Shown one piece after another: positions 48,901 to 57,299 of a DNA stretch of 64,000 nt (position 1 is its first letter; every line of letters starts with the position of its first letter). The notes beneath the pieces are model-generated. The model was not told the origin of the DNA. It made no database searches and saw nothing but the letters and a program-made list of their open reading frames with translations. The translations under genes and the position numbers were made by a program. This stretch comes from Acidobacteriota bacterium (GTDB lineage Bacteria > Acidobacteriota > Aminicenantia > UBA2199), in contig JBDLJQ010000001.1 in NCBI GenBank assembly GCA_039714255.1, positions 13,818 to 77,817 on the forward strand, written 5' to 3'.

Positions 48901-49267
48901 CCAGATAAGATTCTCTGATGTTCAATTCCTGTGACCATTCACAATTGTATCCCTCTTCTCTCATATCTATACAGGGTTTTGAAACTTCAATATCATCAAG
49001 GTGCTGAACTGTTTTTAATTCGATATATCTTGCACCCATAAGCCATCCGGAAATTATATTCTGGGCCATTTGTGTATGGGGGCCGGCAGCCAGGCCTATC
49101 GGAGTATCGAGGGTCCTGCCATACCTGGAAATTCTTAAATTTTCAGATCTTTCCGGTTTGAAAAAAAGATCTTTATTTATTCCAAAAATACTTCCTGTTT
49201 TATACTCTTCAAGGATCCAATTCCAAAGTCTGTTTATTCCCATCGGAAAAAATTTATCAGTTTTCAT
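45950..49267 (-). CDS. ygfK: YgfK-type Fe-S/flavin oxidoreductase (DPD-like TIM barrel + GltD-like FAD/NAD(P) domain + ferredoxin domain; historically 'putative selenate reductase subunit YgfK')
   Basis: 1105 aa. GltD-type Cys cluster (CITSCSTGQ...CDHKCQTKC), dinucleotide motifs VIGAGPAG and VIGGGNTAMD, and C-terminal CxxCxxC...CP ferredoxin motifs. Adjacent to ygeW and ygeY. Confidence 0.85.
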   Translation of the reverse strand: MKTDKFFPMGINRLWNWILEEYKTGSIFGINKDLFFKPERSENLRISRYGRTLDTPIGLAAGPHTQMAQNIISGWLMGARYIELKTVQHLDDIEVSKPCIDMREEGYNCEWSQELNIRESYLEYLKAWIIIHLLKDKFRWNKKYHGFIFNMSAGYDLKGIKGDKVQGFLKSMQNCSVEKEVMLQKLVKIYPEVYEVDIPDKISDNITLSTMHGTPSDEIEIIGRFLLEESGLHTTLKLNPTLLGPEMIREILNDRLEYDITVPDSAFEHDIKYDEALNIVKNLGKVASERGRFFGLKLTNTLECLNKKGYLPSKEKMSYLSGNVIHPISVNIAKQFRTDLDGDIDISFSAGADAFNIKNLIASNLIPVTVCSDILKPGGYGRLKQYLDNLNDEIIKTGSENIDEFITKYRGTGNRDKGKSAFDNLSDYGDRVTDEPGLKRSGFRERDTKTSTTLGLFDCIKAPCITSCSTGQRVPDYLYYTAKGEFRKAFDVVMDTNPFPTLTGMVCDHKCQTKCTRTNYDTPLKIKEIKRFLAEKFSKENTNQEAGSRKNVKVSVIGAGPAGITCSYYLAGSGVDVEVYERDSEPGGMASGVIPPFRLPDGSVATDINRISSAGFNIFYNTEIDKNKFEELRGKSDFIFVASGAHSNVKLEIEGIENEGVIDPLLFLSEIRKKRKFELGEKIAVIGGGNTAMDTARTALRVAGKEGSVTILYRRTKKEMPADPEEIRAAMEEGIKIEELTAPQKIIVKDGKVSGLICFRTKLSDVDKSGRKYPVKIEGSEKELNFDTVIPAVGQKPDLGFSGIESNRFKRIHNLLSFENILVGGDAGTGSSTVVNAVGDGREAAEIILQESGLKKEVKPEKSGTKARFSELNIKRAIRIKGKPIKEKEAASRLDFNLISETFTEEEAITEASRCLYCDELCNVCVTVCPNRANVPYKGKKVDHRIPLLIVSGGKIVEAGKENFAITQEYQVLNITDLCNQCGNCTSFCPTAGVPFLDKPRISLTKESFNDENKVFFPYFEKGLKKINYKDNEIVTSFFKDNGKLYYSSEKFDIVLEEDTLKILETDLKSSSSGELDLRICFSMKYLLESIPDFLYEKTINSKIE

Positions 49268-49283
49268 AAAGTGGTTTTCTTTT

Positions 49284-50471
49284 TCAGATATTCTCTAAAA
49301 TTCTCTCCCTTCCGCTCTTTAATAATTTTTCCATCAATTTCAAAGGATCCCGGAACTTATTTGCGATCATCATGGCAGCAATTATATAGGGTTTATAACC
49401 TGCTTCCCTGTATGTATCAAGTCTGTATTTTTCGAATACTTTCGAGGTCACTTCCCCCCTTGCACAGGAGACATCTGAAATATCAGCAGGAAGACAGTGC
49501 ATATACAATCCTTCTCCTCCTTTTGTCAGAGCCATTTTTTTTTCATCACATTCCCAGTCCATAAATTTTTTATTATTTTCCAGACTTTTAATTTCAAGGT
49601 CTTCAAGCCCCTTTTTATCCTCATTTTTAAGAAGCTCTGTCCGTTCCACCATTGTTGAATAAGGTGCCCAGCTCTTCGGATATACTATATCTGCTCCTTC
49701 AAATGCTTCCTCCATGGAACTAACCCTGGTAAATTTCCCTCCATATTCCACCGAGTTTGACAAGGCAACATTATTTACATCTTCTATAAGATCATACCCT
49801 TCCGGATAAGCCAGTGATACTTCCATCCCAAGCCTGGTCATCAGGCCGATAATACCCTGAGGTACTGATAATGGTTTTCCGTAACTGGGTGAATATGCCC
49901 AGGTCATTGCAAGTTTTTTCCCTTTCAATGCTTCAAGTGATCCAAAATATTTTTTCAAATGGAGAAGATCTGCCATCGACTGGGTAGGGTGATCTATATC
50001 ACATTGAAGATTAATAATACCGGGCCTCCGTGGAAGAACCCCCTCCCTGAAACCTTCATCCAGTGCGTCCCCTACTTCTCTCATGAACCGGTTTCCTTCA
50101 CCAAGGAACATATCATCTCTGATCCCTATGATCTCGGTCATGAAAGAGATCATATTTGCAGTTTCCCTTACTGTTTCTCCATGAGCTATCTGTGATTTTT
50201 CTTCATCCAGGTCCTGTACCTCAAGGCCGAGTAGATTTGAAGCAGAGGCAAAGGAAAACCTGGTCCTTGTTGATTTATCCCTGAACAGGGAAACAGCGAG
50301 CCCTGAATCAAAACATTTTGATGATATATTTTTCTCACGGAGTCCTATCAGAGATTCTGCAATATACAGGATCATTTTAAGGTCATTAACTTCTTTCTCC
50401 CAGGTTAACAAAAAATCTTTTCCAAATAGTCCTGATTTTATCTTATCCATATTTTTAAATATTTCATCCAT
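49284..50471 (-). CDS. ygeW: knotted carbamoyltransferase YgeW
   Basis: Near-collinear with E. coli YgeW as I remember it: DFLLTWE, FRDKSTRTRFSFASA, GKSQIAHGETVRETANMISF, NLQCDIDHPTQSMADL, MTWAYSPSYGKPLSVPQGIIGLMTR, YMHCLPADIS. Confidence 0.9.
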   Translation of the reverse strand: MDEIFKNMDKIKSGLFGKDFLLTWEKEVNDLKMILYIAESLIGLREKNISSKCFDSGLAVSLFRDKSTRTRFSFASASNLLGLEVQDLDEEKSQIAHGETVRETANMISFMTEIIGIRDDMFLGEGNRFMREVGDALDEGFREGVLPRRPGIINLQCDIDHPTQSMADLLHLKKYFGSLEALKGKKLAMTWAYSPSYGKPLSVPQGIIGLMTRLGMEVSLAYPEGYDLIEDVNNVALSNSVEYGGKFTRVSSMEEAFEGADIVYPKSWAPYSTMVERTELLKNEDKKGLEDLEIKSLENNKKFMDWECDEKKMALTKGGEGLYMHCLPADISDVSCARGEVTSKVFEKYRLDTYREAGYKPYIIAAMMIANKFRDPLKLMEKLLKSGRERILENI

Positions 50472-50489
50472 TTTTCCCCTCTCCTCTGC

Positions 50490-51671
50490 TTAAAATTTAT
50501 AAGAATATGCAGTATAAAATGCCGAAGCTTTTACAATATCATCAATGGGGATCCGTTCATTCGGGGCATGGGCAAGTTTTTCATCACCGGGGCCGAATCC
50601 GATAACCGGTATTTTATACATTCCATTTATAGTGACACCATTAGTTGAAAAGGTCCACCTTCCCGTCTCAGGTTCTTTATTAAAAAGATCCCTGAAAGCT
50701 TCAACTCCCTTAACTACAAATTCATTATCCTCCGGGATTTTCCAGGTAGGATAATATTTTTTCATCCCGTATTTAAGCCCGGTATATGCAAGCCCATCAT
50801 AATAGGGAATTGTAACATCTGCATCCATTTCCTTTACAATTTCATTGATCTGGGAAACAGCCAGTTCTTCATCCTCCCCCCATGTAAGCCTCCGGTCTAT
50901 ATGGATCCTTGCAAAATCTGAAACTGCACAAAGAGAAGGGCTTCCTGAAATAAACTCAGATATTGTAATACTTCCTTTTCCCAGGAAATCATCAGATTTT
51001 AATCTTTCATTTAATTTTTCTATCTCAAGAGAAACTCGTGACCCCATATAAATTGCATTTTTACCTCTTTCCGGTGCTGAACCGTGAGAAGATATCCCTT
51101 TAAAAGTAACATTCATCTCCATCCTGCCTCTCTGGCCCCTGTAAATATTGAGATTAGTAGGCTCCGTACTTACAACTGCATCCGGCTTCAGTCCACCTTC
51201 TTCTATTATATATTTCCAGCACAAGCCATCACAATCTTCTTCCATGACACTGCCTATAAAATAAATGGTCAGATCATCCCTTACACCAAGTTCTTTGATT
51301 ATTTTTCCTGCTGTGACAAATGAAGCTGCACCTCCCTTCTGATCTACTGAACCCCGACCCCATACAAATTCATCGTCAACGATCCCGGAAAACGGATCTT
51401 TGTCCCAGTTTTGAGGATTACCTGTATCCACAGTATCAATGTGGGCATCAAAGGCCAGTATCTTTTTACCTGAGCCGATCCGTCCGATAACATTTCCCAG
51501 TGGATCCGTTTTCACCTCATCAAACCCTGCATCTTCCATCATGGATCCAAGTAATGCAGCCACTCCACCTTCTTCACCACTCATAGACTTTACCTTTACA
51601 AGATCTGATAAATTTTTTGCCGTAAATTTTCTATATTTTTCCGCATATTCATTAATTTTTTTATTATTCAT
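50490..51671 (-). CDS. ygeY: M20 family peptidase/amidohydrolase YgeY
   Basis: FDAHIDTV, GRGSVDQKGG and EEDCDG are M20 metal and catalytic motifs. 393 aa. Adjacent to ygeW. Confidence 0.85.
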   Translation of the reverse strand: MNNKKINEYAEKYRKFTAKNLSDLVKVKSMSGEEGGVAALLGSMMEDAGFDEVKTDPLGNVIGRIGSGKKILAFDAHIDTVDTGNPQNWDKDPFSGIVDDEFVWGRGSVDQKGGAASFVTAGKIIKELGVRDDLTIYFIGSVMEEDCDGLCWKYIIEEGGLKPDAVVSTEPTNLNIYRGQRGRMEMNVTFKGISSHGSAPERGKNAIYMGSRVSLEIEKLNERLKSDDFLGKGSITISEFISGSPSLCAVSDFARIHIDRRLTWGEDEELAVSQINEIVKEMDADVTIPYYDGLAYTGLKYGMKKYYPTWKIPEDNEFVVKGVEAFRDLFNKEPETGRWTFSTNGVTINGMYKIPVIGFGPGDEKLAHAPNERIPIDDIVKASAFYTAYSYKF

Positions 51672-51804
51672 AAATATAACCTCCAGAATTACAGGTCAAT
51701 AATATCACCTTTTAAATAATTTTTAAAAGACGGGAACAACACATTCAGTTTATTTTTATTTTTTTTCTTATTTGATATAATATTAAAAATAAGAGGAGGA
51801 GTGA

Positions 51805-52269
51805 ATGAAAAGATTGATATTACTTTTTGTCCTGGTTTTTATATTATTATTCTTTAATTCAACAGAACTGAAAGGTGGAGACGAAGAACTATTTCATAAA
51901 TATGGAATTCTTGCCGGTGATTCATTTAGAGATCTTTATTTTTATTTTGGTGTGAATGCAGATGTCCATTTAAGTGAAGGCTTTATGATATCACCTGAGA
52001 TAAACCTTATAACAAGGCCAGTTTGTAAAGTGATCTATCTTGAACCTGCTCTTATTTTAAATATAAAAGCAAAGACATTCTTTTTCGGAGCAGGCCCAAT
52101 GAAATTGTTCTTAATTGCCGGAGATAAAATCATACCTTCCTTCTGGGGATTAAAACTGAACTTTGGTTTTCGGGCTAATGATATGATATTCAGGTTCATT
52201 CAATTTTCTCCCTTTAATGATCTTTTTAAAGATAATTATTTTGGAATACAGGTTGGATTTGAATTTTAG
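51805..52269 (+). CDS. small secreted beta-rich protein, probable outer-membrane beta-barrel (paralogue A)
   Basis: Signal peptide, alternating hydrophobic pattern, and C-terminal ...GIQVGFEF. GGAGGAG RBS. Paralogous to the next ORF. Confidence 0.5.
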   Translation: MKRLILLFVLVFILLFFNSTELKGGDEELFHKYGILAGDSFRDLYFYFGVNADVHLSEGFMISPEINLITRPVCKVIYLEPALILNIKAKTFFFGAGPMKLFLIAGDKIIPSFWGLKLNFGFRANDMIFRFIQFSPFNDLFKDNYFGIQVGFEF

Positions 52270-52300
52270 AACTAATAATTAATTCAAAGAGGAGAAACTT

Positions 52301-52774
52301 ATGAAAAAAACACTTTTAACAATAATAATTATAACTATATTATTTTCTTTTTCACCTGCCCAATTGAAAGGTGACTCGTGGAAATTTTTTGCTAATTTCG
52401 GGATCATGACCGATGACTCATTCACATTTACAGACTATCTGTGGTATTTTGGTGCAAATATTGATTTTAAATTTAACGAACTTATAATGCTGAGTCCGGA
52501 GATAAATGCAATTACAAATAAATTCAATTTTGAAGCATTTTTTCTTGAACCGGCTGTTCTGCTGAATATAAAATTGGGAACTTTTTTTGCAGGGGGAGGA
52601 CTGACAAAATTACTCCTTATTGCAGGTGATTACCAGGGGTCCAGTGATTTTGCACTTAAATTGAATGCAGGATTCAGAAGCAGTCATTTAAGGTTCAGAG
52701 TATTTCTCATAACACCTTTTAATGACCTTTTGAAGGATAACCTTGTGGGAGTTCAGTTGGGGATCGGGTTCTGA
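52301..52774 (+). CDS. small secreted beta-rich protein, probable outer-membrane beta-barrel (paralogue B)
   Basis: Signal peptide and C-terminal ...GVQLGIGF. Collinear similarity to 51805..52269 (LSPEINAIT/ISPEINLIT, LEPAVLLNIK/LEPALILNIK, LLIAGD/FLIAGD, TPFNDLLKDN/SPFNDLFKDN). Confidence 0.5.
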   Translation: MKKTLLTIIIITILFSFSPAQLKGDSWKFFANFGIMTDDSFTFTDYLWYFGANIDFKFNELIMLSPEINAITNKFNFEAFFLEPAVLLNIKLGTFFAGGGLTKLLLIAGDYQGSSDFALKLNAGFRSSHLRFRVFLITPFNDLLKDNLVGVQLGIGF

Positions 52775-52782
52775 TAAATTTA

Positions 52783-55035
52783 TCAGTTTTTTAATAAGAA
52801 CAACAGAGCCTTCTCGGGTGTAATGGGTGCATTAAACTCAACTTCTGTTTCAGATTTTGCTGAGATCAATCCATTCTGAACTGCAAAATATCCACCGATA
52901 CCATACATAAATGGAGGCTCTCCCACAGCTTTTGATCCCATAACTGCATATGGGTTCTCTTCATCTGTTAAAAATTCTATTGCCACATCACAATCTGTAA
53001 ACTTCATGTCAGGAATTTTATATGTGGAGGAATTTCCTGTTATAAGGGTCCCTTTTTCATCATAGATAAGTTCTTCCACGATCATCCACCCAAGCCCCTG
53101 AATAAAAGCTCCCTCAACCTGGCCGGTATCGATTGTTTTATTGATACTTTTAGCAAGATCATGAACTATATCTGCTTTAACGATCTTATACGTCCCTTTA
53201 ATAATGTCTACTTCAGCTTCCACAAGTGCAGTACCATAAACATGATAGGAGAAAGGTTTTCCTTTCTCTTTTTTCTTATCAAACCAGATATCGGGAGTTG
53301 CATAATAAGCCTGGGAAGAAAGATTTACTCTTCTGTTATAGGCAGATGCTATAAGACTATTCCAACTAATTGATAAACCTGATCTTTTGTCAACAGCTTT
53401 AGCATCTTTAAAAACAATATTTTCAATTTCAGAATTTAATTCCTGTGCAGCAACTTTTTTTAACCTTGCAATCAGGTTTTCACATGCTGTTTCAGTGGCC
53501 TTTCCATTAAGGTCTGCACCCGAGCTGGCAGCAGTGGGGGATGTATTTGCCACTCTTGTTGTATTTGTAGTTTCCATTTTTACAAAATCCCGTGGGATTG
53601 AAAATACTGATGCGGCAACACTGAGGATCTTCATATTCACACCCTGGCCCATCTCAACCGCTCCGGTACTGACCGAAACCGAACCGTCTGTATAAATATG
53701 AACAAGTGCTCCTGCCTGATTCAGTATGGAATTTGTAAAAGATATTCCAAACGTGACAGGCATAACAGCCGCTCCCCTCTTTTTCAAAATATTTTTTTTA
53801 TTAAATTCTTTTATTCTCAGGAATGTTTCATTCATACCAAATTTTGATTCCAGCAGATTCCAGCTTTTTCTGATATCATAATTTTCAGTTCTCATTCCAT
53901 ATGGTAACTGGTCACCCTCCTCAAGCAGATTTAGCTTCTGAATAACACGGGGTTCTATTCCCAATGCTTTTGCAGCTTTTTTAATGGCAGACTCAATAAC
54001 AAATATGGCCTGGGGAGCTCCAAACCCCCTGAAGGCTGTAAAAGGCGGCAGGTTTGTATAACAGCTTAAGCCGGTTACATTAACATGGGGTATATAATAA
54101 GAATTGGTCGAATGTAGAAGAGCTCTTTCAAGGATCGCTGTTGAAAGATCGGCAAATGCACCACAATTCTGATAATAAGTTGCTTCATACGCAAGTATCT
54201 TTCCATTTTTTTTCAAACCTATTTTGAAATCAGAAGAAAAAGGGTGCCGTTTTCCTGTAAAGTTTAAATCCTCCTTCCTGGAAAGAACTATCTTTACAGC
54301 TCTTTTTAAAATAAATGTTCCCAGAGCGGCCAATGATGCCCAGGAAGTTGCCTGGTCCTCTTTCCCTCCAAATGCCCCCCCGAGCTGCCTTACATCAACC
54401 TCTATTTTATTCATTGAAATTCCCAGTATATTTGATATTGTTCTCTGCACTGCAGTGGGAGACTGGGTTGAGGATATAACTTTAACTCCGTCTCCCTCAA
54501 TGGGAAATGCAATTGACCCCTGAGTTTCCATATAAAAATGTTCCTGCCCCGAAGACTCAACTGCTCCTTCAACTATCACATCGCATTCTCTCCAGGCTTT
54601 ATCAATTTTCCCGAGGGAAAAAGTTCTTGAAGGTACTATCAGGTCACCATTTTCAAATGCTTTTCTCGGATCAGTAATCACCTGAAGTGGTTCTATTTCA
54701 ACATATATTTTTTCCCTGGCCTCCTCACCAGCTTCTATACTTTCAGCAAGGATCAATAATATGGGCTCTCCCTTAAAGCGAACAGTTCTTTCTGCCAAAA
54801 GTTCTTCATCCTTAATAATTGCTCCTATCTGGTTCTCTCCGGGAATATCATGATGGCCGAGGATACTTACCACACCATCTACAGTCAGGGCTTCCTTCAG
54901 ATCGATTTTTTTTATCTTCCCATGAGCTGCCGGAGAAGTAAAAACAACACCATAGAGCAGATCCTCACCTGATATGATATCATCAACAAAAACCGATTCT
55001 CCCTTAACATGCTTAACGGAATCAAAATTTTTCAT
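52783..55035 (-). CDS. xanthine dehydrogenase-family molybdopterin-binding large subunit
   Basis: 750 aa. Aldehyde oxidase/XDH a/b-hammerhead plus Mo-binding domains (GGAFGGKE, FRGFGAPQ, GQGVNMK). 4-nt overlap with the upstream FeS/FAD subunit gene. Confidence 0.9.
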   Translation of the reverse strand: MKNFDSVKHVKGESVFVDDIISGEDLLYGVVFTSPAAHGKIKKIDLKEALTVDGVVSILGHHDIPGENQIGAIIKDEELLAERTVRFKGEPILLILAESIEAGEEAREKIYVEIEPLQVITDPRKAFENGDLIVPSRTFSLGKIDKAWRECDVIVEGAVESSGQEHFYMETQGSIAFPIEGDGVKVISSTQSPTAVQRTISNILGISMNKIEVDVRQLGGAFGGKEDQATSWASLAALGTFILKRAVKIVLSRKEDLNFTGKRHPFSSDFKIGLKKNGKILAYEATYYQNCGAFADLSTAILERALLHSTNSYYIPHVNVTGLSCYTNLPPFTAFRGFGAPQAIFVIESAIKKAAKALGIEPRVIQKLNLLEEGDQLPYGMRTENYDIRKSWNLLESKFGMNETFLRIKEFNKKNILKKRGAAVMPVTFGISFTNSILNQAGALVHIYTDGSVSVSTGAVEMGQGVNMKILSVAASVFSIPRDFVKMETTNTTRVANTSPTAASSGADLNGKATETACENLIARLKKVAAQELNSEIENIVFKDAKAVDKRSGLSISWNSLIASAYNRRVNLSSQAYYATPDIWFDKKKEKGKPFSYHVYGTALVEAEVDIIKGTYKIVKADIVHDLAKSINKTIDTGQVEGAFIQGLGWMIVEELIYDEKGTLITGNSSTYKIPDMKFTDCDVAIEFLTDEENPYAVMGSKAVGEPPFMYGIGGYFAVQNGLISAKSETEVEFNAPITPEKALLFLLKN

Positions 55036-56462
55036 ATCAGATCCCCTTCGTTAACCAGGTCCGGAAACAGAAGGATAAAGTGTGAAAGGATCAATCTGTT
55101 TAGAAGTTCCTTTTTATATTCAGCCGAACCCCTGACATCAGAGATCGGAGATATTTCTGTTAAAGTTATCTTACTCAATTCTTTTAAATTTTCAATTGTT
55201 ATCTCTTTTCCGGTAATAAATTCACTACTTTTTTGCAGATAAAGGGGTACAGGGGATACGCCACCGGCAGATATCATACACTTTTTTATCTTCCTGTTTT
55301 CATTTCTGATCAATATTGCACTATTACAGGCAGCTATATCAAGATAATTCCTTTTTGAAACCTTTTCAAAGTTTATATACACATTGTTATCATAAGACGG
55401 GAATTTAAGAAATTCTATAAGTTCACCATCTTTCAGGTCCAAAACCTTGTAGCCTCTAAAAAAATCCTTTAATTTAATCTCCCTTGTAACCCCATCTTTT
55501 GACAGAACCAGAGAAGAGTCAAGAGCAAGAAAAAGAACAGATAAATCGCCTATTGGTGACGCATTTACAATATTACCACCTAATGTGGCCATATTACGTA
55601 TTATCCCGGAAGAGACCTGCTCCATAAAATTTTCAATTCCGGGAATATGTTCCCTGATAACTTCAGAATCCTTTATATCAGTAACCGAAACTCCCGCGCC
55701 AATCCGGATAAATTCATCCTTTTTTGAAATTAAATTTATATTTCCGGCCATATTTGAAATAAATCTGGTGTAATCAGCTCCGGTTCTACCTGATTTTTCC
55801 ACCAGAAGGTCAGTTCCACCACCTACAAAGATCATTTTTTCATTAATTTCATTTTTTATACTTTTATCTGTTAAAATTTTTTCTTTTAATTCTACAAGCC
55901 TGTCCCTTATTGTTAAAAAATACCGGGGGATAAATGATAATTCCACTAGTTTTTTTATCCTCTCTTCCGTATCCGGATACTCCGATACCGATTCAAGAAG
56001 TTTTTTTGCAGTTCTTTTTATGGGAAAATATCCGGTACATCTGCAAATATTTCCATCAATTGCATTAAGAATATTTTTGTAGGAAAGTTTCTCCCCACCG
56101 AGGAAAAAGCCGGTCAGAGACATTACAAATCCCGGTGTGCAAAAACCACACTGGACTGCCCCCTCATCCACCAGGGTTTTCTGAACAGGGCTGAGTTTAT
56201 CTCCATTGATCCCTTCAACGGTCACAAGATGTTTCCCGTTAAGTTTTCCTGCAGGCATGATACAGGTAGCTACATTTTTATATCTGATAATTCCATTCTC
56301 CGGAGTACCGAGAATAACAGTACAGGCACCACATTCTCCCTCACCGCATCCTGTCTTTACACTTGATATGCCCATTGTTTCTCTTAAAAGCCTCAATACC
56401 GGAAACATAGGATCTACTTCAATACACTTATCTTCATTATTAAGGATAAAATTTATTTCCAT
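55032..56462 (-). CDS. xanthine dehydrogenase-family fused [2Fe-2S] + FAD-binding subunit
   Basis: GCGEGECGACTV, CGFCTPG and CRCTGY, followed by an FAD-binding domain (FVGGGTDLLV) and a CO-dehydrogenase-flavoprotein C-terminal motif (GGVSPVP). Confidence 0.9.
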   Translation of the reverse strand: MEINFILNNEDKCIEVDPMFPVLRLLRETMGISSVKTGCGEGECGACTVILGTPENGIIRYKNVATCIMPAGKLNGKHLVTVEGINGDKLSPVQKTLVDEGAVQCGFCTPGFVMSLTGFFLGGEKLSYKNILNAIDGNICRCTGYFPIKRTAKKLLESVSEYPDTEERIKKLVELSFIPRYFLTIRDRLVELKEKILTDKSIKNEINEKMIFVGGGTDLLVEKSGRTGADYTRFISNMAGNINLISKKDEFIRIGAGVSVTDIKDSEVIREHIPGIENFMEQVSSGIIRNMATLGGNIVNASPIGDLSVLFLALDSSLVLSKDGVTREIKLKDFFRGYKVLDLKDGELIEFLKFPSYDNNVYINFEKVSKRNYLDIAACNSAILIRNENRKIKKCMISAGGVSPVPLYLQKSSEFITGKEITIENLKELSKITLTEISPISDVRGSAEYKKELLNRLILSHFILLFPDLVNEGDLI

Positions 56463-56465
56463 TTT

Positions 56466-57293
56466 TTAGTTCCGAAAATCCTTTGAAAGGTGTTTCAGCC
56501 CCTTCTTTTCATATTTTACTGACTGTATCTCAGCAATTATAGAAAGGGAAATTTCTGCCGGGCTCCTGCCACCTATATCCAGTCCTGCAGGAGAGAATAA
56601 AAAATCCGTTTGAAATGGTTCTTTCAGTTCACTTTTCAACCTTGATATCATTGTATCTATCTTTTTTCCGGAAGCCACAACTCCTATATATTTAGGCTTA
56701 AACCCTTTTTCAAGAATATTCTTTAATATTTTATAATCGAGTTCATGAGAGTGAGTTGCAATAACAACATTATTGTTATTTATCTCCCATATATTATTAA
56801 AAACAGTATCCGGATCCCTTAAATGTATCTTATTGAGTCCGGAGATACTATCCAGCATATCTTTTCTGTCATCAATAACAGTGACCCTGTAATTTAACCC
56901 CTTTAGATATTTGATCAGGTTTTTCCCGATATGCCCGGCACCAAACAGAAAGATCTGCTCATCAACACCTGTATGTTCGAGAAAAAGAGTAACATCTCCA
57001 CCACAAAGCATCCCTGTTCTTTCTGTATCAGATAGAACTTTTTCATCATCAAGCATATATTTTTTTATGATACTTTTCCCCGATATCATTACTTTTTCAG
57101 ACTCTTTTATAACAAGCTTTTCAAGGGTCCCTCCGCCGATGGTCCCATATATATCACCATCGTTAGTAACAATCATTCTCCCGCCGGTTTCAGAAGGGCC
57201 ACTCCCTTTTTTTTCAATAACCGTTACCAGGACGAATTCTGTTCCCGCAGAACCAAGTTCCAGAATTTTTTTATAAATATCAGAATTATTCAT
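56466..57293 (-). CDS. xdhC: XdhC/CoxI family molybdenum-hydroxylase maturation factor
   Basis: 275 aa. N-terminal XdhC_CoxI region (VLVTVIEKKGSGP...GTIGGG) and a C-terminal Rossmann-like region (LFGAGHIGK). Confidence 0.8.
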   Translation of the reverse strand: MNNSDIYKKILELGSAGTEFVLVTVIEKKGSGPSETGGRMIVTNDGDIYGTIGGGTLEKLVIKESEKVMISGKSIIKKYMLDDEKVLSDTERTGMLCGGDVTLFLEHTGVDEQIFLFGAGHIGKNLIKYLKGLNYRVTVIDDRKDMLDSISGLNKIHLRDPDTVFNNIWEINNNNVVIATHSHELDYKILKNILEKGFKPKYIGVVASGKKIDTMISRLKSELKEPFQTDFLFSPAGLDIGGRSPAEISLSIIAEIQSVKYEKKGLKHLSKDFRN

Positions 57294-57299
57294 ATCTTA

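Noticed and set aside
24398-57293. Selenocysteine (in-frame TGA) recoding in the Mo hydroxylase, YgfK or neighbouring genes
   Set aside because: All these genes are uninterrupted ORFs of the expected length. No adjacent same-frame ORF pairs split by TGA were seen. The selenium link of this cluster is a labile cofactor, not Sec.
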